Source: Lingula anatina (lineage: Eukaryota > Animalia > Brachiopoda). Taken from it: a DNA stretch of 64,000 nt. Shown in pieces: positions 39,915 to 53,200 of the stretch. Numbering within the stretch: the first letter of the stretch is position 1; the number at the start of each line of letters is the position of its first letter. A program made the translations under genes and the position numbers. The stretch spans positions 4,774,001 to 4,838,000 of the forward strand of contig CM120640.1 of NCBI GenBank assembly GCA_051362555.1, in the 5' to 3' direction. The notes under the pieces were generated by a model. The model ran no database searches and was not told where the DNA came from. It saw nothing but the letters and a program-made list of their open reading frames with translations.

Positions 39915-42900
39915 TCAGTTGTAGGCTAATCTGAAGTTTCTTTCTTGTTCCCTTCTTCTTTGTTCTGCCAATTTGGAGATCTCATCCACCCTTCTCTGAA
40001 GCAATGCTGAAATGATTAAAAATAAAATGACTGGTTATGACACATTCATAACCCTCCTACATGATTTAAAAGGAGTGAACAGATGTTGCAAACAATGGCA
40101 TTCTAATATGGCTGATATTATAACTTAACCATTAAGCATCTTCTTAAATTTTTGTGAGTAACTGACAACATTTAGTTGAGGTAGAACTGAGCTTTACTTC
40201 AGTTTTATTACTAGTTTAGATATATTACTCTATACAATATCTACATCGTACCTGTATTCTGATCCACCCACTGTAGTGAATCCATGTGTGCATTCAAAAT
40301 CTTTGAAACTTGCTGGATCTGAAAAGAAATCATGTGAATTTTATAAAAATCTTTTAGACCATACAACTTTTTCTGTCTTTTAAATGAAGTCATGATTTTT
40401 TTACAGAAACGTCGTGGTAGTTGAGACAATATGCTGTAACCACTGTATTATATGATTGTGCTGTTTGCTCATCCACTTACTGGATCATTGGAATCCTGGC
40501 TTGTATTTGTAGCATTCAAATGTTCAATTATCTCCTTTAAATCCTGAGCCATTCTCTTCAGTTGTCCATCGATATTTTCGGCTAACTGGTACCTAAATGC
40601 ATTCAAGAAAAGTGTTGACTTATTTTATACGTAATATGAATTAACCAGCTACTAAAACCAATGGTTACCAAAACAGTAATACAAGCACATCAAAACTAAT
40701 TACATTTCACTCTGCAATATTTATAAAATATAAGTTTCCATGAGAAGCAAGATTAAACTGCTGTTTAAATGGACTTATGCACAGTAAAAAAAAACTATAA
40801 TAGTTTTATCCATATTAATTTAATACAATACACTTTAAATTCTTGAACTACCACTTACGTGTGTTCTCTTTCCAGGTCTGCATGTTGCTGGTAGCTGATA
40901 GGTGGCAGTTGCTCTATGGTCTTTTCAAGAGGGACCAGCATCTCTTCCAATTCTTTCTGCTGAGCTAAGATAAAGTCAAGCTCGTGGTCCAATCTCTGCT
41001 GATCTATCTTCACCTTTTCTACATCCGAGTTCAACTGGGTAATCTGAAAATAACACACTGGTCTGTACTAAAACTGCCTTTGTTCTGAGTTAACTGCTTC
41101 TCAACTACCTTAATCAATATAATTATATTGATAAATATGTGTCAGACTCAGTTGAATATTGCTTAAACCAATACACACTCACCTTTTCTCCGTTTTCTAT
41201 TAACAGCCTGTCCCAGGCATTAACTTGTGTTGCCTGCTGTATAAATATTTTCTCCTGCTCTTCAAGTTCATGGGTCCACTTGTTGATTGCCTTTTCCAGC
41301 TGGCTGTAGTTCATAGCAGGCAAAGTTGTGGTGGTTGATGTGACAGAAGTGGAGGCTGTGCCAGTCCTAAGATAAATGTAGAAATGAATGATACTGATGT
41401 TGAAACAAAAACAGGATACAACTGAAATCAAAATATGTAAATGGGACACAGATTGCTCAAAGGAGAAAATTCATCTTTTGAAAGATACCATATGTCAAAT
41501 ATTACAGTTCCAAGTGTGTACATATGACTAAATATCACAATTAAAACCTGTAATGATGCATGATTTTACAAGGGGGGGGGGGGATTATACATACAGTGGG
41601 TTTGCCACTGAATTCTTGAATGCTCTTTTTTCTTCCGTAAAAAAACAGAAATTTGGGTTGTTTTACAAAATAATGTATTTCTATTAATCAAATGGGATAG
41701 TAACAATTTTAAATTTCCCTTAAACTTCATTGAAACGAAATATATGAAAAACGGGTATACTTGGTTTAGATTTGCTGAATGGTTTTGTGATTGCTTGCTA
41801 AGGTATAACACCCCATTAGATAGTCTTAAAAGGGAAACTTCAAACCTACCCCAGAGCTGTTGTGGTAGTTGCTGTGGACAGGACAGGTAATGAGAACCCT
41901 CCTGTGGATGATGCTGGCGTGGATGTTGTGGCTGTGACACCAAATTTAAGTCCTCCTCCTGTGGAATATCAAAACAAGTTGACTTATATGATGTGAATTC
42001 TTTTGTCATAAAGTGACCAAGTTTTAATGAAAATAAATTGAAATATTATTTGATGATTTAAAAAAAAATTCAATGGTATAAGATTTCAGGCAGTAAATTT
42101 GCATTACTGGGTACTTTTTCAAAAACCTACCTAATGAAAGACCCGAAGATGATGTAACTGCTAAATTAAAACCAGTCCCAGCTTGAGTGGTAGTAGTTGC
42201 ACTGCTTGTTGTTGCAGTGGTTCCACCTAGACTTGGGGTTGTGGTAGTGGCTCCACCAACACCTAAGGACGTAGACTGTGTCCCGCCAAGACCCACGGTT
42301 GCAACAGGAGTTCCACCCAATCCAAGGGAAGCTGTGGTTGTTCCTGCTCCTCCAAGACCAAAAGATGTGGTAGCTGTCCCACCCAGACCAGCTGTTGCAG
42401 CAGTTGTCACTGCCTTGAGGCCTCCAAAAGATACATTACTAGGAGTGATACTGGCTGTGGTAGTTGTTCCAACTACACGCCCTGCAAATGTTGCAAGGCA
42501 ATTTATAAACAACTAGAAATGAACTCGGGGAACACAGACCTCCAACAAGGCAGTTTAATTTTCATAATCAATTCATTTATTAAGGGATAACCGTCAAAAT
42601 CTAATAGAAATCTTAGAAATCTAAGTTATCCCATTTTTAATCTATCCTGAAAATTTTATCAAAAACCATCCGCAACATTCAATTTACAAACCCACAAAGC
42701 ATAAACAAAAACTTTGGAGTGGAGGTAAAAAGGCCATAAACCTCCAACTAAAAATCAGGAGATAAGAAATATCTATTTTACATTATCAAAACAGATGTCA
42801 TCAGCTTACCAAAATATCACACAAACTGAGTTTAATTTTATTAAAAAAAGATGTAAACACATACTTCTTATTACAGATTCATCCAAAATTAATTTGAATC

Positions 42901-44597
42901 ATGCATCTAATAAGAAAATGTAACTGCTGGTTGCTTAAATACACTCACCAAATTTCAGTCCACCTGCAGGGGTGCTCGTCAAAGTACTTGCCAGTGAGGC
43001 TGTAGGTTTGGCAGCTATAAAAATAAAATATTTTAATAATTATTAATATTTTATTTTAAAATGTGGAATCAACTTTAAGACAAATAATGGAACATAAAAT
43101 CAAATTAAGATACGAACATTATAGTTATGAAGTTGAATAGATAAAGTCTCCATAAACATAAATCACTATGTGTATGTCCAAAGAGCAAACATATTATACC
43201 TGTCTGTGCAGCAGACTGACCAAATGAGAAGCCTGACGACTGTGGAACTGCTGCAGTTGTAGTCACACTTTGCCCCAAACCACCTAACCCAGTTGCCTGA
43301 GCTGTGGCACTGCCTAATGTAGCACCAGGCTGTCCAAATGTGAACCCGCCACCTCCAGCGCCAGCAGGAGCTGTGGACTGTTGTGTTGTCCCAAATGAAA
43401 AGCCACCTGATGTTGGTTGTTGGCCACTTGTTGCAGTGGTAGACCCTGAAAAATTGGTTTCCTTTGGTTTGATTTAAGCCTGCCTCCCTTCAAATTACAA
43501 TTGCATACCACTAGTATTACTAGATATGAAGTCCCACATGAGAATGACAAGTTTACAGCTGATAAAAATGAATATGTTAAAACTGGCAATATTTACTCAA
43601 TTTTATTTATACAATTGAATTTTTTGACATATGATCTTAAGGGGCCCGCACACGGTGAGCATTTGGCGCGTGCCACTTGCGCTGCGCCATTTTCTCATCG
43701 TGTGCGGGGGTATTTTGGTGAGATTTTTGCCTCTCGCGCGGCTGAGCAAAATTTCTCACGTGTTTGATTTTTTTGGTCTCTTGAGGCAAATGTCTCAGCG
43801 TGTGCGGGGTGCAAGCGCCGATTGCTCATGCCATGCCAACAATGCGCATGTGCCGGTAGCCGGAAACAAAGAAAAATGGCAGCCCCCAGTGAAGTAAACA
43901 AAAATGTACACAGTTATAGTTAGTCTGATTGATTAACGTGGTCACCATTGTCCATTACTATCAGAAAAAACAACAATATGTAATGTTTCCTTAAACACAT
44001 GATCCAACAGTTCACAGTGCGTCCGCTAGGGGCAGGCCGGGAGGCACCTCTGCTGAGCAAAGAGCACAGCGTTTGCGGGGAGCTGAGGAGCGCGAGCGTC
44101 TGGCTCAGCAAAGAGCTCACCGTGTGCGGGCCCCTTTAGGTCATTCAATGTTAAAACATTTAGATAAAATGATAAATTTTATCATTTTTTCAGAAAATGT
44201 GAAATATTGTATCAACAGTTATTTAAAATTCATGCTTAATCAAAGGAGTATTTTGACAGACTTCTCTCCATTTTCAAAACTACTAAACTGTTGAAAGAAC
44301 CATTTTATTATGAAAATTGAGTGGTTTACAAATATCATTTGAAGTTAGAGAGCTGTATGCCTAGGTTTGCCTCTATTTTAATACAAATGGCATGAGTTTA
44401 TGTTATGAGCATAAAATACATAAAATCATCTCTGGTATTTCCAAATAATTACCAAATCCAAACCCTGTACTAGTGCTTTGGGTAGTTGCATTCAGATTAA
44501 ATGACACTCCAGTTGTGGCAGTTGTCTTAGGAGTGCCGAAACTGAAACCACCAGTGCCTGATGCTCCGCCACCACCACCTAATGAAAATCCTGACAT
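39915..44597 (-). CDS. NUP62: Nucleoporin p62 (FG repeats, Thr-rich linker, Nsp1_C coiled coil), ~10 coding exons
   Basis: MSGFSLGGGGGASGTGGFSFGTPKTT; MNYSQLEKAINKWTHELEEQEKIFIQQATQVNAWDRLLIENGEK; QQRLDHELDFILAQQKELEEML; ILNAHMDSLQWVDQNT; REQERNFRLAYN*. Confidence 0.96.
42511..42727 (+). mobile_element. Probable non-autonomous Helentron-associated (HINE/DINE-like) repeat in a NUP62 intron
   Basis: Starts AACTAGAAAT and ends ...TGGAGGTAA, termini I recall from this repeat class; not verified. Confidence 0.35.
43640..44135. mobile_element. PIF/Harbinger-type MITE (496 bp) in a NUP62 intron
   Basis: Perfect 21-bp inverted repeats AGGGGCCCGCACACGGTGAGC, TTA duplication at 43637-43639 and 44136-44138, GC-rich interior with internal CGTGTGCGGGG copies. 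Confidence 0.9.
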
Positions 44598-44904
44598 GTC
44601 TCAAAGCATCTGAAAGGGTAAAACCAAATGTTGAAATCAGTAAGAATATTTACTTCATACTTGATAGGGACTGAGAGAGATAGTGTTTGTGTGATATAGA
44701 ACATTAATATGATACAAAATTCGAACATAAACCGTGTACGCAATGTTGTATTAAAGCAAATATACCGCCTTAGACTAGTCACTTTAATTTTATTCAAAAA
44801 ACGAAAGCAAGGCTTTGCCTTTGTTGCTCTATCATTGCCGCTTATTTTTTCAAATGTGGTGAGTTTATTTTGAAAATTGATAAATCAACATAAACTTTCC
44901 TTAC

Positions 44905-45245
44905 CTGCATATAAAATGTTATACTTGATAACCAAGGGGGATACTTGTAACAGCGGCTGTGCTTTTATTGTAACCAACTTGTGAAAAGACCCAAAGCACG
45001 GCGCAAAATCCCCTATAGTACCTACACACGTTAAAAGTTTAATCAACATAATAAAAATGAATGATTTCTTATTTTTCTGAAAAAAAAGTACTGTTAATGT
45101 TTCCTGATTGGGATTTAAACTAATCAACAAACATAATATCATAAATACAAATGGGAAATACCGTGAAAATTAGTAAATACTCTATTACGACGTACTGTTT
45201 TCCGGTAGATTTGAGAACCGAGCAGGGAAAGAAAGGCAGGTAGAT
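44905..45245. promoter_or_regulatory. Divergent promoter NUP62/MRPS21
   Basis: Start codons 44597 (-) and 45246 (+) are ~650 bp apart; minus-strand donor CAG|GTAAGG near 44905; TTCCGG near 45200. Confidence 0.6.
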
Positions 45246-45998
45246 ATGAGTCGGCACGCTAAGTTTATAGCAAGAACGGTTTTATGTGAACCTGGGAAAG
45301 TAGAGCAAGGGTTTATGAAGTTAAGGAAGTAAGTCAACAGCTTTGCTTTCAACTGATCTAAATATCATCAAGTTTTGAAAGTTGTATTATCAAGTGAGCG
45401 TGCTTTATTGTCGCCTTACAGTAATTTTAACTTTTGCATTCTTAGTTCATATATTTTAGGTAACATTTAATCTCCATCTTCAACCAATACCTGTTGTAAA
45501 CAGGTTTAACACTTTGTTCAACAGCATATAATCCAGAAAGGGGAAAGACTGAATCGTTTAAAATTAAGAAAAGATGGAATTTGGGCATACATTTTATGGT
45601 GCATTGTTAACAACCACGATGGTAGATGAAAGATGAAAAAATTGGTCATGTTTGGTATTCATTACACTTCTAGATGCTGTCTGATAGTTTGAATCTGTTG
45701 TACCATTTGTCTCAATATTAAGACTGCGCAATATCAACCCTTTTGTTGGATGTTAATGGGTTAATTATATGCTAGCCAAACCTGTGATTATTACTATTTT
45801 CTCAATCTTTCTCCTAGAATACTTGTAGTAGATGGAATAGAAAGGGACCTCCAGAAGCAAAAGCACAGCATGAAGCCATATATTGCCAAGGCAAAAAAAG
45901 TACAAGCAGTAAAATCAAGAATAATAAGGAAAGAAATGAAAATAAAAACAGATTTTCTTACATCTTTGAAAAATAGGAGGAATCCATTTCCAAGATAG
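45246..45998 (+). CDS. MRPS21: Mitochondrial ribosomal protein S21 (bS21m), 87 aa
   Basis: Exons 45246-45328 and 45818-45998: MSRHAKFIARTVLCEPGKVEQGFMKLRKILVVDGIERDLQKQKHSMKPYIAKAKKVQAVKSRIIRKEMKIKTDFLTSLKNRRNPFPR*. Matches the H-x-KFIARTV motif. Absent from the ORF track. Confidence 0.9.
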
Positions 45999-47291
45999 CA
46001 CAGAAGAGGATATGAAGGAAATAAGGACACATTTTCAATGATTGAAACTGTGAACTTCAAATATGCAGACTGTCAGTTTGAATTATTTGATCGAACTTCA
46101 AAACTGCAAAGAAAAGCAGTATTGACCCCTGAACTGAAAGTACGTTCAGTTTGTATACCTCTACCAAAAAAGACGGTTTCTTTGCACTTTGACCTAGGTG
46201 TGTAACTCAGTTTATGGTTTGCAGTACATATTGACTGCCTTATAAAAGCACAACTATACGAACTGAAAGAACATTAGATTAATTCATGTACTGTCTTTAA
46301 GGAAAAAATAGTTTCTTGGACATTTAATTCACACATTAAACCACAGCTTTTATAAATTCTTTATTTTTAAAACAAAGATTTTTACAAAAGCTCGCATACT
46401 AGAGTACAAGGAAGAAATAAAAAAATAATAAGTGCACTACAATTCTGACTTCTCTACAGTTTTTAGAAATTAATTTGTAAATTTAAAATTTACAATCATC
46501 AAAATGTTTTTCTCTTTTCTCCAAATCTCATTTAACTCTCTTTTGATGACGTTCAGAATTAAAGTTGTAAAAAGTAAATCTCTCTTCATCCTTAGTTTCT
46601 CAGACTGCTTTAAATTTACAAGACTAAACAAAGTTATGCCTTTTACTTATATTTTATTTTGGTAAAGGTAAGAACACCACATTATATTTCTTTTCATCAA
46701 CTATCTCATAACAGGTACAAATTCTTCACTTGTAAATTTTTATAGTTTTTTGGTCTAGACCTACATATAATTTCCAGTGAATGTTACCTGGTGTGAAATA
46801 CTGCACTTAAAGATAATTTGTCATTTGACAATTATTGATCATCTTTTAATAATCTTAACTGTTACAGCACAAGTCAAAGAGTAAGTGCTGTCTCTTTGCA
46901 ACAAAAAAGCACAAAACACAAAACTGCTTAGCTTTTTTTCAGATTCTGACAAAAAGATGACACTTGAGCAAATTCTGTACAAAATAAATAGAGCACCAAA
47001 AAGGAATGGAATGTAATCTTAACAAAATCAAATTATTAAAACTAACACTTCAGTCCTGCTGAAGTCTAATCTGAAGTATAACAAAAAGTTGGGGGCATTT
47101 ATCTCAAATACCACTGACAAAGGACAACCATATGCAGAAACTCATGCAAGAAACGAATTAACTGAGAAATTGTAACTAATAAGATGTGAGTGAACACCTA
47201 ATGCTTGGCAGTTCTGTGATGTGCAGATGCTTCTGCACTCCATTTAAATTTTTTCTCATAAAGTAACACTTTTTTTTTGGCAACATAAAGA

Positions 47292-50200
47292 CTATGATAA
47301 TGCCACATTGTAGTGTCTGTCATCCTCTGCTATCACAGTCACAGTGGGGAACTGATCCCTCATGTCATCTGGGTAATAGGTTATGAAATCTTCAGCACCA
47401 TGTTTGGAAGGCCTTGCTACCTGAATGGTTACACCCAAGGTGTGGGCTAGGAGAAACATTTCAATCTGAAAATACAAAGTATTAAAATTATATCATACAA
47501 GTCTTAATAAGCTTTTCTTGGGGGATAATATGAAACAAATGTAAATGTCATGGTAACATATATAATTTATTAGTTTCAGTTTCCCATACACATGATAAAA
47601 CACAAATAATATCCACATGCCAAATAAACCAACTGAAATTAATTTCTTGGGCAGCAGAAAAAATGGGGTATTTCTTTCAGTTACACTATTTTAAACTGGT
47701 GGCATTTGGTTGGGTTCAATGTGTGCCTCTTAGGAAAATTAGTTGCTGGACCAAAAGTTTGGCCATCTTGAAAAGCAGCTGGCTCGAATGTCTGCCAGGT
47801 GGGAAAACTTCTCAGCCCGTTCTGAAAGTTGTCAGCCATGGGCAGACGGTCCAGCGTTAATTTCTAACAATGGTTGGGTTCAGCAACAATAATTTGATAT
47901 AAGTAATCATTTTATATGCACCTTTAAATTAACTTTTGTTCTTGGAAATATGTAAGAAGAAAATTAGAACAGATAATAACATAAAAGTGAACTTTACTGA
48001 AGATGTGATGTTCTCTCAGAAATGTTCATATAAAAGAAAACAAAATTTGTTCGAAATCCAATTATCAGTTGTGATAGCACATTATTAAATTCATTTTCAA
48101 TGGGGACCACCTATGATAGCTCTATGATGGCTGTGCGTAAAATCCAGAGAGATTTCGTGGGATTTGATGGAGAGAGTGTTAAGAAATAATGGCAAACTAG
48201 AGAGTGCAGTGCCAAAACAAATTAAACTTCACAACAGGTATTTTCAGGGTTTTTTTTAATTCCTGTAGAAAAACAGTCTGTAGCAAAAATGGCATGATTT
48301 CACTGTGTTATGAGTGTTACTTATCTATATTGCATTCTATGACAACATTCCTAGAACATAGGGTTTAACCATTAGCACTTATAGTAAACCCCACCCGCAG
48401 GTTTTCTTGTCTTGTATGACAAGTAATGCCTGTTGTAGTTTGTTTTAGCACTCTTACCTGCTCCAATCCAGCACTGTCACCAACACAGTTTAAATGGTTG
48501 GTCAAAAATGCCTCTGGAGTCTCTGAGGTATCCCTGGCAAACATCAGCCACACAAATGTGGGAACTCCTCCCCCATTCTGATAGTCTCCATACAGCTGAA
48601 TGGCCTTCAACATCATGAGAATTTTCACTGCTTCCATCATACAAATGTCAGAGAAGCAATCTTCGTCATCGTTGAGAATTTTTAAAAGTTTTGACTCTCT
48701 TGCTAGTTCTGTGGCACCATTTTGTGATTCTTCCACCTGTAGGCAAAAAAATTATTGTAAAACAATAAATTTAACATATTAATTTCTAATATAATTAACA
48801 AGATCTTAATGTTTTATTTTCATTTAATGGAGAGGTACACAAAGAAAGAAGAGCACATCTTGCTTTATAGGCGCTAAGAGAATAGAGTATGGGCAAAAGT
48901 CTCAAAGAACAGAAAAGGAAAGATGGAGCAAAGTTTGAATAAAAATCATTTTTCTAGAAAATTTGCCAGAAACAAAATTCTTGAATATTCCTTACAGTGT
49001 GATTTCATAAAACTCCCATGTTAATAAAATAAAGCATGATAATACATGTTATGTACCTGTTTAAAAAATGTCTGTACACAAGTGTGCATAGTAGGCAAGA
49101 AGTCATCCTGGTTCTTAACATGTGGAAGACGGTGTGCGAAAGTCCACTTCTTTGCAATGTAGGGGTGTGTCTCTACAGCAGCATTTTCTAGTGCCTACAA
49201 TAAAAATAGAATCTAATTATACTTCATAATTAAATTATGTAAGTACCTTTGTTTGAATTTGCTTTTATATAATGTCATATGTATTTTGTAAAAGAGCCTG
49301 TAAAATGTAACCTGTACACATTTTAGTGTTCAATAAAGAATTATTATTATTACTATAATATTATAATATTATTATTACTATTATGATATGATATGAATAA
49401 ATAAATGATAAAAATAAAATGAAGATTTTTATATTTTAAAATAAAACTTACAATTCAGCTATATTGGATAATTCCACAGATTAGTAATCAATAAATGCTG
49501 TTGCATTCTGAAATTATCTAATTACCAATATTGTGACATTAATAGGATACAACTTTAGGTCACAATCAGGAATCCTACCTTGGAAAGAGATTTCAGCTTC
49601 CCAATATGTTCTAAGATGGGGACTTTATGGATAATAGCTTGGTAGAGAGCAGCACGTATTGCGCAGTAATTATCTCCACGCACACACCGCATGTGCTTAA
49701 AACCAAGCTGTTCAACTATTGCATGATAGCCCTGAAAATATATGAATATAAACAAATCTATGAATATCAGTTCCATTTAACAGCATGGATGCTTATTTGT
49801 GCATTGCTAGTTGCACTGCAGACCAGCAGGGTAAGCCTGGATATATATGATGCATGCCTACTTGTCAAAACATGGATATACCACATGTTGTTTAAGCACA
49901 TAGCATGTCTATTAAGATAAGGTTGTTTACTGCTTTTTAATTGAGGGAAATGACTCCTGACCACGTAGAATCATATGAATATGGTAATTGCAGGGATTGG
50001 GGGAAAAAATCAACATTTACATATAGTACCATTTTAAGAACTTGTATTGGATCAAGCATTTAGAATCTCAAAAAGCACCCTTCCTGTTACGCCAAGAAAT
50101 GGGGGCATAAATGGGACCCCAAAATGCTGTCTTAATTAAAAACTTTTTTATGTAACATTATGTGGTACAATGTGTAAGGCTTTTAAACAAAATAATGGTG

Positions 50201-53200
50201 AACATTAAGAAAAAAAAGCACTTTCTGCTTTAAAAAACATCACCAACCTTTTTCATTGCATCAGCTCTTTTTGTCGTTCCTTTCCATTCCTGTTCAGCAT
50301 ATGTAATGATATCATGTTTAGCACCAATATTGACTTTAGATACCTTATCCATTCGATTTGTGACATCTGAAATATCAACAACAGTCGTGTGATTTCATAG
50401 CATTACATGAAACTTTCACTATGCAGAGTTCTGAGAAATTCACTCAGGATGCTAAATCAATTAGAGGTTCTCCCTTCTTGGCATACATGCATCAAATAAA
50501 AATGCCTGCTAAGACAGACTGGAAAACAGACTTATGTGATCCATAGCAAAAGGTTAGATTGACTGACAAGGAATTTGTCTATAGTTAACTAGTCTGATAG
50601 CCAGGCTAGAGTGGTTCCTGTCTAAATTATCCAATATACAGTCATTGGTCCTAAACGGACCAACATATTTCTGCTGCTAGTTCTATTCCTTTTCTACAAG
50701 ATCACTGAGTGAAATAAAAGTCATGGTAACAGATCACATACATATTAATATACTTTTACCTCTGAGCAGCTATTTATCATAATTATTCCAAAATACAAGT
50801 AACATATAATAAACATTTTACGCTGTGTGGAAAAAAAAAAACACTGCCACACCCGATTACACAACTATGCAGTGTCGTAAAAGGACTGCAGAAATCAAAT
50901 AGATATCTTACAATTATGAGAAGCCCTTTTTCAAAGCAACATTTCACAGTGGTGATCTTTTACAAAGTTATTTTCATAGTAACCTTGTTTATAAAGTAAA
51001 CATTTCACCTTGTAAGGAAGTCCCTACAGCCCCCATGGAGCTATGGTGTTTATCATCAGTTTGTTCAACAGTGCTGTTTTCCTCACTGCATAAAGTATCT
51101 TTCCCTTGACTACTAAAGGGGCCTGACCACCTAGTTCCATGCGAGCTTTCAGCGAAATCATTATTTTGCTCAACGGTATGTATTTCCTGGTCTTTTGCAT
51201 TAGGACTACATGACAAAATATCTGTACTCTCATCAGGAAGGGTGCCATGGTTACTAAAATGTCTGTTCCTGTCATGCATATTACTATCCCAAGGTGTGTT
51301 CATAATCCCAGCTAGTCTATGAGATCTTTCGCCACAATTTTCATCATCATCTGAGATATTTTTCTGAGGGTCACGTTTTTCACAGTCACTATCAGAGCTG
51401 CATCCATCTGTCTGGATTTCTGAATGACCTCTCGGAGTTATTAGAGAAACAGGACCTTCCATTCTGCTTGTGTCTGCATCATAGGATGAACCATGTAATA
51501 AGAAGTCTGTATCAATATCACTGTCTTCATGTTCACTGTCTGATGCCAACTCATTCAATCCAAATGTAACTCCTGTATTGACAAGCTTAGCATGACCCTG
51601 ACCTACTTCTAATACCTCATCAACCGCAGAGTCAGCTGACTCTGGGTCACTGCATTTGTTGGATTTATTCAATGGAGATTCCTGTAACAGCCTCCGCACT
51701 GTTTGTAAAGCACTTGTGTCTATTTCTTTAAATGAAATGTTATCCCACTGAAATGCTGCATGATTGGGAGAGTTTGTAGTGTCACTGAGAGATTTCGTAT
51801 CTGCTTCCACATACTCCCTCTCTTCCAGAGGCACGCTTCCATACCTGATGTGTCTAGACCTGAACTTGGTTAAAAATTCCAGAGCAAGTGCCATAGGTTT
51901 AGATGGCTCTCTTCTAAGAAAGCCCTCTTCCCTATCACCAGATAGCTGACAAAAACTGTAGTCCATTTCTTCCATGTCCTTTTTTAAATCTTCCATTTCT
52001 TTTTCAATTTCTTCAAACGATTTAGCACTGGGTTCTCCAACGTGCTCAACACTGAAAAAGTCACTCTCAGGCAAGTCTATAATCCCAGATACACTAGAAA
52101 GATCTGATATATCTACACTAAAGTTTCTAGGAAAACTAGGTACCTCTGGCTTAACAGAAGTGTCTTTCTGTGAACAGTCAATGGCACTTTTAGAAGAAGG
52201 ATATCTTAAACTACCACCTCTTGGTCTTGTTAAAACCTCTAAATCACTCCAAGAATCACTTGCCAATACTGAAGTCTCTGAAGGCTGTTCTACAGTAAGT
52301 GTGTGTTGGTCTACTTTAGCTACAACATCCTTTTCATCTGTTGGAATTTCCTCATTGAAGTGTACATGTCCTTTACTTCTAGAATCGTGTCTCTGTCTCC
52401 TAATTCCGCGTAAAGGTGTCCCCCCTGGAGATATGGGTTCAGAATCAGTACTAGGACTGAGTGGAGTCAGAGTAGTCTGTACAGTAATACTGCTTTTAGC
52501 AGAATGTGTAGGAACTGTTGATTCACTTTGTGCTGAAACATGTACACTTGGAAGTGAAACTAGTTCAAAATCCTGAGACACCTCCGTAGTTTCAGTTTCA
52601 TTTTCATTTTCTAATGGCGTTGTGAGTACTTCCTGGTGACCCAATATTCCATTCCTTTCTGATAAAGAGGCAGGGCTAAAATTGGCTATCATAGATGTGG
52701 TGTCTTCAGTGCGGTGAGACTTTCTGTGATGATATTGATCAAAATCATTTGATATGTCTAATAGGCCAAGAGTGTTTGGTCTGGTAGGACTGCAAGGATT
52801 GGGACCCGTCCCTATTAAGTCAGATAATGAATCGTACTCTCCACTGTCCAATATATCATTCAAAGGTTCTTTTGATTTGTGAATTGTGTTTGGCACTTGG
52901 TCCTGGGTTGTCACACCCTCAGCATGATCCCCCTCAGCATCCTTGGTCTGCACCATTTCATATGATCCATAGGAACTGTCCGTGTCTTTATCTACTGACA
53001 ATAATACTGCATTGAATGGAATGGAAACAGAGTCATCAGAGCTCGTGTCCTCTGTTGTGTGTTGAACTAAGTCATAGTCACTGTTGTTATAATAATGTCT
53101 GGGAAACTTCACCTTCCCCTGAGTATTGTCAAAATATGCCAGGTCTGCAGCGGGGTCCACGGAGGCATTGTTCCCCATGTTTGATTCTCCTGTGTCATGT

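Noticed and set aside
43501-44294. Cluster of overlapping ORFs
   Set aside because: Produced by the GC-rich MITE; no transposase motifs
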